DNA of 64,000 bases from Guillardia theta CCMP2712 (lineage: Eukaryota > Protista > Cryptophyta). The notes beneath the pieces were generated by a model. It was not told the origin of the DNA, made no database searches, and saw nothing but the letters and a program-made list of their open reading frames with translations. Both the position numbers and the translations under genes were made by a program. Below, in pieces: positions 27,601 to 39,391 of the stretch. The DNA lies in NCBI RefSeq assembly GCF_000315625.1, contig NW_005434636.1, positions 141,777-205,776 of the forward strand, given 5' to 3'. The stretch's first letter is position 1; the number at the start of each line of letters is the position of its first letter.

Positions 27601-30600
27601 TGTGATTTCTCCGATGTTGTCCTCTTGCCGAGGTCTTGCCGTTGCGTCCACAGACTGTTGCTGTTCCTCAACGGCGACATCTTCATCATCCGTCCTCTCT
27701 GTTTCTTTCGCGACCACTAGTTGAGAGTTCTTTTCTGCAGCATTCGATTCTTGTGCATCAGATGAATTCTCAGGCATGATGGTTTCCGACTCGGAACCTT
27801 TCGAGCTATCATGCAACAAGTTCTCGTCTGCACCAACCTTGGGATGTTCGTCAGTGGGCAACGTATCGGGATTCGCTGAGTTGATCTCCTCCTCCGGCAA
27901 GGGCTCAAGACGGAGAAGGAATCTGATTGCAGCATCCCTTACACTCTCCAAGATCTGATCCAGATCGACTGCAGATATCAACTCTTTCCCTCTCGACAAG
28001 GATATCCCCACAACTTTTTCGATCAAATTCTGTAGGAGCAAGATCATTCGATTTAAAATCATCGCATTCAGAACCTGAGTGAAATAGCCCAACATCGCCT
28101 CCAGACGTCGGATACCGTTGTTGCTCAAACTCTTAAGGCTTCCTCCCGCACATGACGGATGGAGCTCCTTGATCTGACGCTTCATCGTTTCTTTCGGAAC
28201 AGATACTGCAGTGCTTGGAAGTTCCGAGCCTCTGACGCTCTGCTTCAGATCTCGGGAATGAATGGGTCATTTAAAATTACCTCAGAACTTCACCTACACT
28301 ACTTCTTGGCTCTTGTGGAATCCATTTACGGATGGCCTTGCCAAAGAGTCAGTACACGAGGGAAACTCTTTGACAGGTTTGCTACCTTCTTGATGGATGT
28401 TTCCGAGAAAGTACAACTCAGTTCAGGCCGACCCAGCAAGCCTCCCATGAATTGATAACAGATGAGCTTCAATCGGTCTTTGGCATCGTTATCCACTCGC
28501 AGCTTCCTCGCGCTGGAGTCCAACTTCAAGGCTTTGTCCACCATAAGGGCAGACGCAGGCTGCCTATTCCTCTTGGCTTTTGGCTTGTCGTCCTTCTCTG
28601 AGGGAATGTAAATCCTTCTTGTCCTGGGCTTTCTTGCTTTTGTCTCTTGTACTTCGTCGTCTTCGGTTTCATCACCTCCGGACTTTTCTGATTCAGTTAC
28701 ATCGCCAGCATTGTCCTCTGAATCTGTGGCGAAGGAGCTCATAGCCTTGCGTCGAGGTGTTCGTGTAGTTCGTGTGCGCGGCCTCCTTGCTGAGTTGGAA
28801 GAAGTTGATTTGATTACCTTCCTTTCCTTGGCCTTGCTCAAGGAATAGTTTGCTTTTTGATAGTCATCAGCAAATGTCAAGCCTTTCTCAAAGAAATCCT
28901 TTGCATATTCATCGTGCTCCCACAATCCTGACTCATGCAGATCGTCTCCCTGAGGAGCTTGCCCAACATTGTTTGATTCCTTGTTGGCAGACATTGCGAT
29001 GGGCTCATCATCATCACTGTCATTCTCAGCAGTGCTCGCCTTCGAAAGCAGAAACTTCTTCCTTGAACTTTGGGTTTTGCCCTGCTTGTTAGCGACTTTG
29101 TCACTTTCTGATTTCATGTCAGAATCGTTTTCCGACTTTTCATCTTCAGTTACATCGCCAACATCCATGCCAACTGGTTCGTTGTCGTTCACTGCAGTGG
29201 CATTATCTTTGACAATTTCCTTCCCATTTTCCGTTTCTTGAACAGAGGACGGTTCTGGCTTTGATTCGCAAACCTGTCCTGTCGTAGTTGATAAATCGCT
29301 GAAAACTGCTTGTGAAGACAGTTCTCCCTTTGATTCCAACGCTTTTTCTGTCGTAGATGATGAATTCGTCTTTGAGTCCAACACTTTTGGTAAATTCATC
29401 TTCGACACACCTGATAGATAAAAATTCAGAATTGAGACATGCAAGATGGCTGTCACTCACAATCCTTGAGTCTCTTCTTCAGGTACTCTTTCTTCCGATG
29501 AGGGACGTGAATTCCAACAATCTTGCGACCGCAAGTCGTCGCTACTCGCACAACCTGATCATGATTTTCAGAACGGCGTTAGAAAGTTCCGAGTCACTGA
29601 CCTTCACACTAAATTCATCGTCGCGAGGATTCTTGATCGCAACAGATTTTTTGATTTCCTCCCAAAAAGGAAATACTGATCCAGTAAGAATGTTATACAC
29701 ATACATTCTTTTCTTGTAAACACAAACATCTTTGCCTTTACAGCTTGATGATCTTGCACTGTGCCCGCAATGATCCTTTGAGTACTCATAAATCTCCTTC
29801 CAAATTTTTTCTGCTTCTTCTAGGTCCAGCTTGTCGTAATCATTCCGAAGCTTGAAATTTGAAACTTCCTCTGGCCTATGACCTGCGTGCGGTAGAGTGG
29901 TATGATAGATCCTCCGTCTCTTACCATGCACCTCCTGCTTCTTTGCAAGTGCAAGAATGATATTGTAGAAAGCATCATTTTGAGGGTCCTTCTTCTTGTA
30001 AAAACCAGCCACCTCATCATTCTGGCTGTCTAGAAACTCTTTAGCTTCTTCCCATGACACTCCCCTGTCTCCCCAAAGGGTCAGCAGGCTTGTGTGAGCA
30101 TTGGTTGCTGGATTCTGGTGAAGGATTTCTTCATCTTTCAGCTTCAGCTCGGAGGCAATGTCTGTTATTCCATCCTGATATTCCCCACGCATTTTGGCAT
30201 CACGAATGAGGATCTCCATAAGCACATGCCAGAAAGAGAAAATTTGCCCTTGCAGGCACAATTTCACTCCAAACAATCTGTTCAGGAATACATTGACGGT
30301 GGGAAATGTTTCTGAATCCCCGTGCCCAAACATTCCGGCTTTTTGCAGCGCTGTCATCGCAACTGTTGCAAATTTTTCGAAATCGTTCTCATATTCAGTC
30401 TCCAGAAACTCCAATTCATTAACCGCGTCTTCAGCAAAGGGAGGGAGCGACCCGTCTGATAGGCAGTTGAAGACTTTCTCAAGAGCCTCCGGACCATACC
30501 GTGGATCGATGGCGAAGTTGGTCAGACCGCTTCCTCCTGTCGCTCTTCTGTCCCCTTGAGTCATCGCACCCAGTTGCTGAAGTCTCTCAGCTACCGCACT

Positions 30601-33600
30601 TGCGAACCTCCATTCACCACCGATGGGAGTCATGATTAACTTGAACTCTGGGGCGCTGGACTGGTTGGATCTATGGGAACGGCCCATTTGCTGCACAGCT
30701 CTGTCTGCACTCCAAGGTAGCTGGAGAGTGATGTGAACGCGTCTCCGTGTGTTCTTGACACGCCTATCGGCATGCAGGCTGATGCCAGTCGATGCAGCCT
30801 CTGAGATGATCGCGACCAGTTTTTTCCCCGACATGAACTTCTTCCTTTCGCGAATGTTGATCGCATCGCCCGAAGAGTCTGATTTGATGCGTTTCACAAG
30901 CGTCCATTCGCCTCGGACGCAGACTTGTCTCACGGATCGACCAGTCATCTCTGCAACACGTTTGGGGCCCCCGAGCAAGTCAATGATTTCATCCAATGGA
31001 TTTATCGGCAGCTGCAAAGCATCAATTCTTTCAAGAATCTGTTCTTTCTCCTCTGTCGTCATCACTTTCACTCCGAACTTTTCTATGAAATTTTTAAGGA
31101 GGTTGCATGCTGCTGAACATCCGGATTCTTCCTCAGTTGCTACTGACTCGCCTGTATTCTGGAAAACCAGCAACATCAAAACTTGTCACAAAAATGATAT
31201 GAAAACTATACCTGCAAACCAATCACGACGCACTTTCCTTGTTGGATTGCTTCGTTTGCTATTCTGACAACACCTTTCACCTTAGCAGCCATACAGATTT
31301 GGCCCCAAAATCTTTGGTTAGCACCCCAAAGTTGGGACCGCAATTGGTTGATTTCCTTTCTAGTGAGATTCTCTATGCCTTTCTTACAGAATCCGGAGAA
31401 ATGTGATATGATATCTGACCATAGCTCCACCGCTTTGTCGTACTTCAGCATGAATTCTTGATCAATTTCTTCTTCCACAACCTCAAACTCAGCACCTTTG
31501 AAAGACAGGGATCTTGCTAGGTATTGTCCTAACTGTTTCAACTCCATCGCAAGCAGTTCCATCGCTCCCGTCCCTCCAGAACGAATCTCTCTCACAAAGG
31601 TGTCTGGGGTATCAAACGAGGTTCCAGGGCCCCACAAACCTAGTCTTGAGGCATAGAGCAAATGCTCTGGTTCACTCGCACCGGTAGCGGAGACATACAC
31701 AACTCTTGCCAACGGTAGCTGCTGCTGAATCTCAATGACTGCAGTAGCTGACTTGGTTCCATTAGTCCTCAATGCTTGGCTCAGTTTGTGTCGTCCCTTT
31801 TTCGGAATCCTGATGTTTTTGGCCTTATGTGCCTCATCAAAGGCAAGAACTCCATCGAAGTCCTCCCCAGCCCACTTGACAATCTGTGTCAGCCGGCTCT
31901 GATCCTTCCCCCCTCCTGCTCCGTTTCTGACCAACAATGAGTAGGTGCAGAAGATGACGCCCTGATTGAGCTCCTCGAAGCTATTCAGGTCCTTATTGTT
32001 GCCGTAGTCTCTCAGGTCATGAATGGGAATTGCTCCTCCACCGATGTCGCAGATGTCTCTCTTTGCATCATCAATGAGATCTGAGCTGATTGAAATCCAT
32101 ATTGCCCTCTTTCGACCTCGAATGAAGTTTTCCAGTATGATTCCTGCGATTTGACGCCCTTTACCCACACCTGTTAACCTGTCAATCTGCGAAGTTTTAC
32201 AAGTGGTGCATTGTTTACCCGGCCCGTCGCCCATGAAGAAGCCAGAGCGATACTGGGTTCCAGGGATCATCCGCTCGTGTTGCTCACATGCATAGATCAC
32301 AGATTCCAGCTGCAAATTTGTCAGGCGCCCTTCCTTGATGGTAGCCTCCGGCAATCTGAGCTTGATGCTCCATTTGGGAGGAATGATTGAACTCAATGTT
32401 GAAGTCTCCGTGATGGGATCAGGATGGCAAACCAAGCTGCTTATCTCTTTCAATCTCGGAGGTGCATACTCTGGATTCAGGATCAACAAACTTTATCACA
32501 TCAAAGACCAAGTGAGATGTTACCTGTGAATGTCTTTCCCTCTTTCTCATTGTATGCAGCTCCAAATTGCTCATCCAATACCATCTCTTCTGTTTCAATA
32601 CGCATCTGCTTGAGAGCAGGATCTTCATAACCGTTTCGATGTGGACACTGCTTGGTGTGTCGCCCTCCAGTCTTCCAGCAGCTCTCACAAATTTGCTTTA
32701 CCGTGTTGTGAGGAAATGTCGCTGGAATATTTTGGTTGACCATACCAAATGTATACGCCTGCGGAGAGTACATCAATGAATTCCCTTCGCTTGCTCCTGC
32801 ATTGTTGTATGGCGGGATAGCAGCCCTAAACATACTTGAGTACATCATTTGGTATTGAGGGTTAGAAAAAGCATTTGGTTGGCGATTTTCAAAACCCATA
32901 AGGTCACGATTGTAGGAATTCAATCCAGCATATGATGAAAGAGGCTGATCTATCGAAGAGGCACCTGGAAATTTTTCTGGTTTCAAACTTTCTAATCTCG
33001 AATTCCCCCATACGTTGTAAGCTTTTTCTTCTGAATTGGCTGCTACAGGCCGATTCGATGAAGGCGAAGGCAGGTGCATCAAGTTTTTCTGATCCCCAAC
33101 AATAAAAGCTTCCCGATTGAATGGTTTCACCTGTAAATGAGACGGAACTGTCCTTACAGAGCCGGAGGCAGCCAGGACTTTTTCGGTATTTGGTTTCTGA
33201 ACCATCGAAATATTCACCTTCTCAGTCTGGCGCTGAGGGTTTGAGGGAGCAGCAGCAGGCTTCAATGCAGGAGCAAGCTCAGGCTTCAATGCAGGAGCAA
33301 GCTCAGGCTTCAATGCAGGAGCAAGCTCAGGCTTCAATGCAGGAGCAAGCTCAGGCTTGTGAGGTTTTCGATTCTCAACCCTCGACAAAATCCAATTGTA
33401 AGCTTTATCCTCGGCAGCGGAAGGAGCAGGTTTGTCATCCGAGCGAGCAGGTGCAGACTGCTCTGACTTACCACTTGCAACCTTTGAACCCAACTCGTTG
33501 TTTGATGACAGAGCTTGACTGATTGCAGGCGACCGCTCGAGAGGATGGAGGGAATTTGGTGCAGACTTGTGGTTTGAAAGAACGGACATTGGTTTCCGAT

Positions 33601-33682
33601 TGAGAGCGGTGTTCGCCTCGTCGTTTTCCATCGACCATTTCGATGGAGGCAGAGCTCCAGGTCGTGTCAAAGGATTGTCCAT
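24667..33682 (-). CDS. SBNO: Strawberry notch (SBNO/FORGETTER1-like) helicase with a long chromatin-reader C-terminus (histone folds, 2 PHD, Tudor-like, SWIB)
   Basis: HPDPITETSTLSS, LTNLQLESVIYACEQHE, GDGP|GVGKGRQIAG, FDEAHKAKN, VYVSATGASEP, VVIGLQ|NTGES, VAEMTGR, IISEAASTGISLHADRR and QQMGRSHRSNQ. Large exons at 33682-32523, ~32473-31212, ~31158-29553, ~29409-28330 and ~28237-24667. Confidence 0.93.
33257..33358 (-). repeat. 24-bp coding tandem repeat (KPELAPAL x4) in the SBNO N-terminus
   Basis: CAGGCTTCAATGCAGGAGCAAGCT repeated about 4 times. Confidence 0.95.
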
Positions 33683-34387
33683 GGCTTATTCCATACAAAC
33701 AAACTCCTTTCATGAAAATAGTTAGTGATTTCATTAGCAAACAATTCAGTCGACCAACAAAGACAAGCAACAATGTCAAACATCCATTTCTTTCCTATCA
33801 CTTCAAGTAAGAAATCAATGCTTCAGACCCTAGCATCATGTCATACAAAACTCATTGCTGCTCCTATCGTCCCTCAATCACCCGTCACATCCAACAAATA
33901 TCAAACCTTGGCTGTCATTCTTACAGTATCACTTCTTTTGAACTTACTCTACGTTCCTTGCTTATCACATCTTTGTCCTGTAGTACACCAAGATGCCTCA
34001 TATCTCCATCCCCCAGCCTTCTCAACCTCATTCCTCCTTCTCCTCGTCTTCCTTCTTATCCTTCTCCTGCTCCTGCTCCTCTTCCTGCTCCTCCTGCTCC
34101 TCCTGCTCCTGCTCCTCCTGCTCCTCCTCGGACGCCTTTCAGCATGCGAAGGGCGATTTGGCGGGAATAACCACTGACTACCCCGTCCTTCTGCTTCTTT
34201 TAGTACCCACCCGTGTTAAGCAAAGGTCCTGCAAGATTTAACTTATTTTCACCGGATTTCTGCTTCTGAGAATTCCTGTAACGACGAAGCGACCCAGCTA
34301 CGAAGAAATCGACGGAGGAAGAGGAAGAGGAGCAGAGCAGAGCAGAGCAGAGCAGAGCAGAGCAGAGCAGAGCAGAGCAGAGCAGAG

Positions 34388-34418
<31 letters not shown>

Positions 34419-34601
34419 AGGAGGAGAGCAGAGCAGGAGGAGAGCAGAGGGGAGGGGGGGAAAGGGGAGGAAGGAGGATGGAGGCTAAGGGAGAAGAGAG
34501 GGGAACAAAGAAGAAACAGAGAGGATGCAGGAATCTGAGGATGAAAATGACAAGGACAAGGGTGTGCGGGGCCAAAAATGAGTCTGACTGCTGCATGCAG
34601 G

Positions 34602-36020
34602 ATGTCCCGGACAGTGAAAGAAGTTCTCTCAGTATCAAACCGATTAAACTTTGGAGATATTTGCCGTGAGGAGTATGCAGGCAGCAACACGATGGCCCTA
34701 TGGCTGCGAATGTTGCAGTTCCACTTCGAAGTGAACAACTTGAAGAGAGACGAGTATGTTCTTACTGCTTACAACCTGCTAGACATGCGAACTCAACAAG
34801 ATCTGTCGCTTCTAATCAGCTCCGATGAGCTCAAGAAGATGAGCTGGAAGGAATTCCAGCATCTGCTGATGATAATAAATTGCTCCGTCTACCGTCCTGA
34901 TTCCTCTGGGAACAAAGAGAAGCAGAGTGACAATGAGAGTGCCGTCTCGTACGTCCTTCGCTCCCAGGCGATGTATGTTGATGCTCAAGTCTCTAGTGTC
35001 ATGAGGGCCGTGGACTTCGACGAGGAGAAAATGATTCAAAGTTTCCTGGAAGGTCTCCGGGATAGCGCGATGAAGCAATCCCTCATGGACTGGAAGCAGA
35101 GCACCAACGCGAACTGGCAGGAGCTGATGAAGCAGGCGGTGAGTCTGATCAAGGGAAGCGTCGACCTCAACAAGCTGCAAGCATGTTTCTCATGCAGGAA
35201 CAGCGGCGGGCAGAGGAAGAACAACAACATGAGGAAGAAGATCGACGAGGCAGCTCTAGCTGGTGCTGGTGCTGAAGAACCAGCCAAATGCATCCTCTGC
35301 GGCGGGGAAGGACGTCACACCAAGAAGTGCCCTGTGCGGCAGGCGAACAGAGGAGCCGGGTCAGGAGCAGGACCAAGTGTGGGAGCAGCAGCAGGACTGC
35401 GAGCAGGACTGGGAGCAGGAGCAGGACCTGGGCAGAGAGCAGGAGCAAGGGCAGGTGAAGGAGGCAACGAGAGAGCACGGAGAGAAGGAAGGGACGGGAG
35501 GGACGCAAGGGGTGGGGGCGGCTCAGGGCCTCCTCCTGCTCCTCCAGGGTCAGCACAGGGAGCTCGACGGATGTTGACGTTCCTCCCGCTGAAGTTCAGG
35601 AACGATTCTCCCCTCCTCGTTCATGCGCTTGTGGCCTCAGCAGCGGCTCGTTGCCTCATCAAGAGGGAAGTGGTACAGCGGCTGCAGCTGCCAGTGCAGA
35701 GCTGCTTTCTGCGCATACTGCAACCTATGGGCGGTGAGATGGTCCTGACTGAGATGGTGAAGATGCCCGTCACCGTTGGAGAGTGGAGGAGCAAGGAGGA
35801 GAAGTTCTTCGTGATGGAGCACCTGCCCACCGAAGCGCTCCTCTCCTCATCATGGCTCTGGGCGAACAAGATTAGCATGTCCATGTCGTTGGACGGAACG
35901 GAGCTGACTGTTGGCGACGCTAATCCTCCCATAATCCTTCCTACTTCTCCGCCCGAGGATGTGACGATGCCCGAAGGAGCCTTCATCTCCCACTTCGAGG
36001 TGATCGAGGAAAGAAGTTGA
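34602..36020 (+). CDS. Stand-alone Ty3/Gypsy-like Gag - zinc knuckle - catalytically dead retropepsin protein (candidate domesticated retroelement)
   Basis: Gag CA motifs YAG..ALWL..HFEV, SWKEFQHLL, QSDNESAVSYVLR and EEKMIQSFLEGL. Knuckle CILCGGEGRHTKKC. Protease fold HALVASAAARCLI...FFVMEHLPTEALLSSSWL. No RT, RNase H, integrase or LTR seen. Start at 34602 (after a splice acceptor) or 34578. Confidence 0.85.
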   Translation: MSRTVKEVLSVSNRLNFGDICREEYAGSNTMALWLRMLQFHFEVNNLKRDEYVLTAYNLLDMRTQQDLSLLISSDELKKMSWKEFQHLLMIINCSVYRPDSSGNKEKQSDNESAVSYVLRSQAMYVDAQVSSVMRAVDFDEEKMIQSFLEGLRDSAMKQSLMDWKQSTNANWQELMKQAVSLIKGSVDLNKLQACFSCRNSGGQRKNNNMRKKIDEAALAGAGAEEPAKCILCGGEGRHTKKCPVRQANRGAGSGAGPSVGAAAGLRAGLGAGAGPGQRAGARAGEGGNERARREGRDGRDARGGGGSGPPPAPPGSAQGARRMLTFLPLKFRNDSPLLVHALVASAAARCLIKREVVQRLQLPVQSCFLRILQPMGGEMVLTEMVKMPVTVGEWRSKEEKFFVMEHLPTEALLSSSWLWANKISMSMSLDGTELTVGDANPPIILPTSPPEDVTMPEGAFISHFEVIEERS

Positions 36021-36229
36021 GAGCGATTCCCCTCCCGCCGCTGCTCCTCTCCTTGTGAAAGAGGTGGAGGGGGTGCTGGAGATGTTGAGGTCAGGTTATA
36101 TTGGTGTAAAGTCGAGCATGAAGGAGATTTGCATCAGAGTATTTGTGTTGATTCCCTTCTCCTTGCTCCTTTCTCTTCCTCTCTCCCCCATCTTCCTCCT
36201 CTGCTCTCCTCTCGTTGCCGTCGCTCGCT

Positions 36230-36738
36230 TCAGTTGCGGAACGGACCCCATCCGTCCCCTGGGCCCCGCTCCCCCTGCGAGACACCCGAGCGCTCTTTCC
36301 TCTTCCTCCTCACTTCCGCCACGTTTTTGTCTGGAGCAGCAATCGTTCCTGAGGCGACGGTCAATTGACGATAGTGAAAAGGGAGGGAGGTGGAGGAGGG
36401 AAGAGAAGGGGAGGACGAGAGAGAGGGAGGAGAAGGAGAGGAGAGGAGAGGAGAGGAGAGGAGAGGAGAGGAGAGGAGAGGAGAGGAGAGGAGAGGAGAG
36501 GAGAGGAGAGGAGAGGAGAGGAGAGGAGGACGAAAGGGCAGAAAGGAGGAAGAGAACAAGAGAGTACCGAGATCTTGAAGGCTCATGCTGATGTCTTCCA
36601 GGAATTGAGCATCGCCACAAAGGGGTCGCGTCTGAGAGAGGAGGATGAGTGACTGAGATGGCAGGGAAGAAAGTCGAATCTAGGAGGAATGAGGTGCAGG
36701 TGAGGACAAAGAAGAAGAAGATAACACGGAGCATGATG

Positions 36739-36772
<34 letters not shown>

Positions 36773-37116
36773 GGAGGAGGAGGAGGAGGAGGAGGAGAGG
36801 TCATGAAGTTGAGACCTCGAGGTTCCCCGGGAAATCTCCTCCATCCTCGAGGAAGCCAAAGGCAGCGCGAAACTCGGCAGGGCCCGCCTGAGTGAAGCTG
36901 AGCTGCTGGCCAGCAGGAAGAGGCCGCAAACCTTGATCTCGGACCCGAGGTGGCAAGGGACGATCCTCTCGAAGTTCCACTGGGCCTGTCAAGCTAGTCA
37001 AAGCTGAGGTGTGCTGGATAGGAGCTGGAAGCGACCACTCTGTCGGCGAAGGCTAGGACCTGAAAGTATGAGTCCGTCAGCAAGGGGACGAGAGGAGGAG
37101 GAGCAGGAGGAGCAGG

Positions 37117-37152
<36 letters not shown>

Positions 37153-39391
37153 AGCAGGAGTGGGGGGGGGAAGAGGAAATTGTCACCTTAGCAGGTTCGC
37201 GGTCAAGAATCAATTTCTGCAAGACTGCAGGAACCTGAGGAGGAAGAGCTGTGAGAAAGAGTTGAAGGACATCGAGGGGGGAACGACTCTAATGATGTGT
37301 TGGTGATCATGGGTTTGAGGAGGAGGAGGAGGAGGAGGAGGAGGAGGAGGAGGAGGAGGAAGAGGAGGAGGAGGAGGAAGAGGAGGAGGAGGAGGAGGAT
37401 TACAAAGCATTTGTCCTTGAGTGCTTCGACAGACTCTCGCCAGTAAAACTTTCCCTGGCAGGAGCAGTCAGCGCGGAGTAGAAAGGACAGAAGAAGTGAA
37501 GAAGTTGAAAGAGCAAAGGATAGAAGAAGGGGATGGGGGAGAAAGAGAGTCAAACAAGAAGAGAAGGAAGAGGAAAAGGAAAGGAGAAAATTGGCGATTG
37601 GGCACGGGAAGACGGAGGAGGAAGACCTGGGGGTGGGGGCCGTCCTGCGGCCGCCAAGTGAAGGGAAACAGTCCATTCCAACCGAGTTCGTTCATTTGTC
37701 CCTGATACAAGTTAGATAGTTAAGCCCTCCCATCCCATCCTCTTCCTCTGCATCTTTCCTTCAACGCTCCTCGCTCCCGCAGCCTCCACTCCTTCCTTCA
37801 TCATGTCCACTTTCATCCATTCCTCATACACCCAACCCTCATCTCACCCTCTCCTCCTCTCCCCTTTCCTTGTCTCCTCCCTTGTCTTCCACCCGTGTCT
37901 CCCTCCCTTCTCTCCTCATCCTTCCTCTCCTCACCTTCTGAAGGTCTTTGAACGCCTGTCCCCAGGGAACAACTTCCACTCCTCCTGCCATGGCACATCA
38001 GACCTCCTCCTCCTCCCACAACATGAAGGCAACCAGGTTGGAAGAAGAGGGAGAAGAGCGCTATCCTCTCCCATCCTCTCTGTCGCACTTCCGGCGTGTC
38101 CTGCACCTTCCCAAAGGCTGGTCCAACCATCAGCGACAGGAGACGAACTCTCAAGCGCCTCAACCATCATCGCGAGCATGGAAGAGGAGCGCGCGGGGAT
38201 CGTCAAGGATGATATCGGGGATCTTGGAGGGGAAAGTCTGCACGACGTCGGTGACCAGGAGGGTCTTGGACTTCTACAACAAGCACGTCAAAATCACCAA
38301 CAGACCGCAAGGCCGCACGTCCGCTCCTCTTCCTGACCTTGTGGAAGAAGGCCACATCCTCAAACACGCCCGGAGCTTCTCCTCCACGAGACTTGAAGGG
38401 GCCAAGGACGACATGCTCTAGGTCGTCCTTCCATGGGACATCTCCGTCGCTGCTCAGCGGGAGCGGTTGAGGGTTGAGACCCCAGAACAGCTGGGTGTAC
38501 CTTCCCGAATGTGTCAACCAACGCCACGCTCCTCCTCTCCTCCTTCCCTTCCTCCCATCTCTGCCACCCTGATCCTTTTACTATCATCTCCTCTTCTCCT
38601 TCCTTCGTCCTTTCACTTCCTCCACAAATTTGCCCCTCTCCTCCTCCTCACCCCAACAATCCAACGTTCTCAAGCCCGAACGGGAAGGAGTACTGATCCG
38701 GCACAACCCACAGCTCCGCGGAAGGAAAGTGTCGCTTGAAAGGACCAGCAGCCGACTTGTGCTCCAGCGCCGTGGAACCCAGCACAACAAACCGAACATT
38801 GCCATGCTCCCCCTCTAGCTCTCTCACGAGCTTCAGACATTCTTCAGTCGGAGGTACAGGGTTGAAGACCAGCAGCCCTCCCTTCTGCAGCTTCACCACC
38901 GTCATCCTCAACGGCGTCCACACATAAAGAGCTCCGATAATCTGATCGAACGCCCACACCTCATCCTTCACAACTTCTGTCCTCACCGTCTTCTTCCTGC
39001 TGTAGGGAGCAAGGGGAAAAACCCACCACCTACCGTAAGCCAGTCCTCCCTCGTCCAGCAGCGAGGATGCAGAGGCTCGCTCCGCTGGCTGCAGAGCAGC
39101 AGCAGCAGCAAGTGGCAGGGTTGCAAGAACAGATTTTCTGGTGAAGAGCGGGGTTTTGGTTTGATGTTGATGGCTGCTAGATAGGCGAAGGTCCGAAATT
39201 TCCTTTTCCTCGCCCGATGATTTGAGCGACAGCACGCTCGGAGGGACGGAGCGTGTCCTGGCGTTAGCTCCCATTGAAATCCTGCCTGAGAGTTTTCCGC
39301 ATCCTGCAGGCATACTGATGAATTGATATGCGCGCAAGGAGGACACCAAAGTAAGAAACAAGATCGCTTTGAGTTGCGGTGCGGCAACCAT
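36230..39391 (-). CDS. Plastid-targeted DUF4336 (metallo-beta-lactamase-fold) protein, multi-exon
   Basis: Signal MVAAPQLKAILFLTLVSSLRA-Y, then a transit peptide and a Tat-like TRKSVLATL..ASA segment. Motifs WWVFPLAPYSRKKTVRTEVV, LRMTVVKL, TLLVTD, ALLFHARD, QRGWERIALFSLFFQP and WNFERIVPCH match cyanobacterial/algal DUF4336. Confidence 0.88.
36436..36527. repeat. (AGAGG)n microsatellite in an intron
   Basis: Read directly. The same unit occurs at 49187-49284 (reverse) and 61831-62030. Confidence 0.97.

Noticed and set aside
36010-36145. Shifted frame after the Gag-protease stop (…VLEMLRSGYIG…) faintly like an RT N-terminus
   Set aside because: No downstream RT motifs, and the region runs into the 3' end of the convergent DUF4336 gene.
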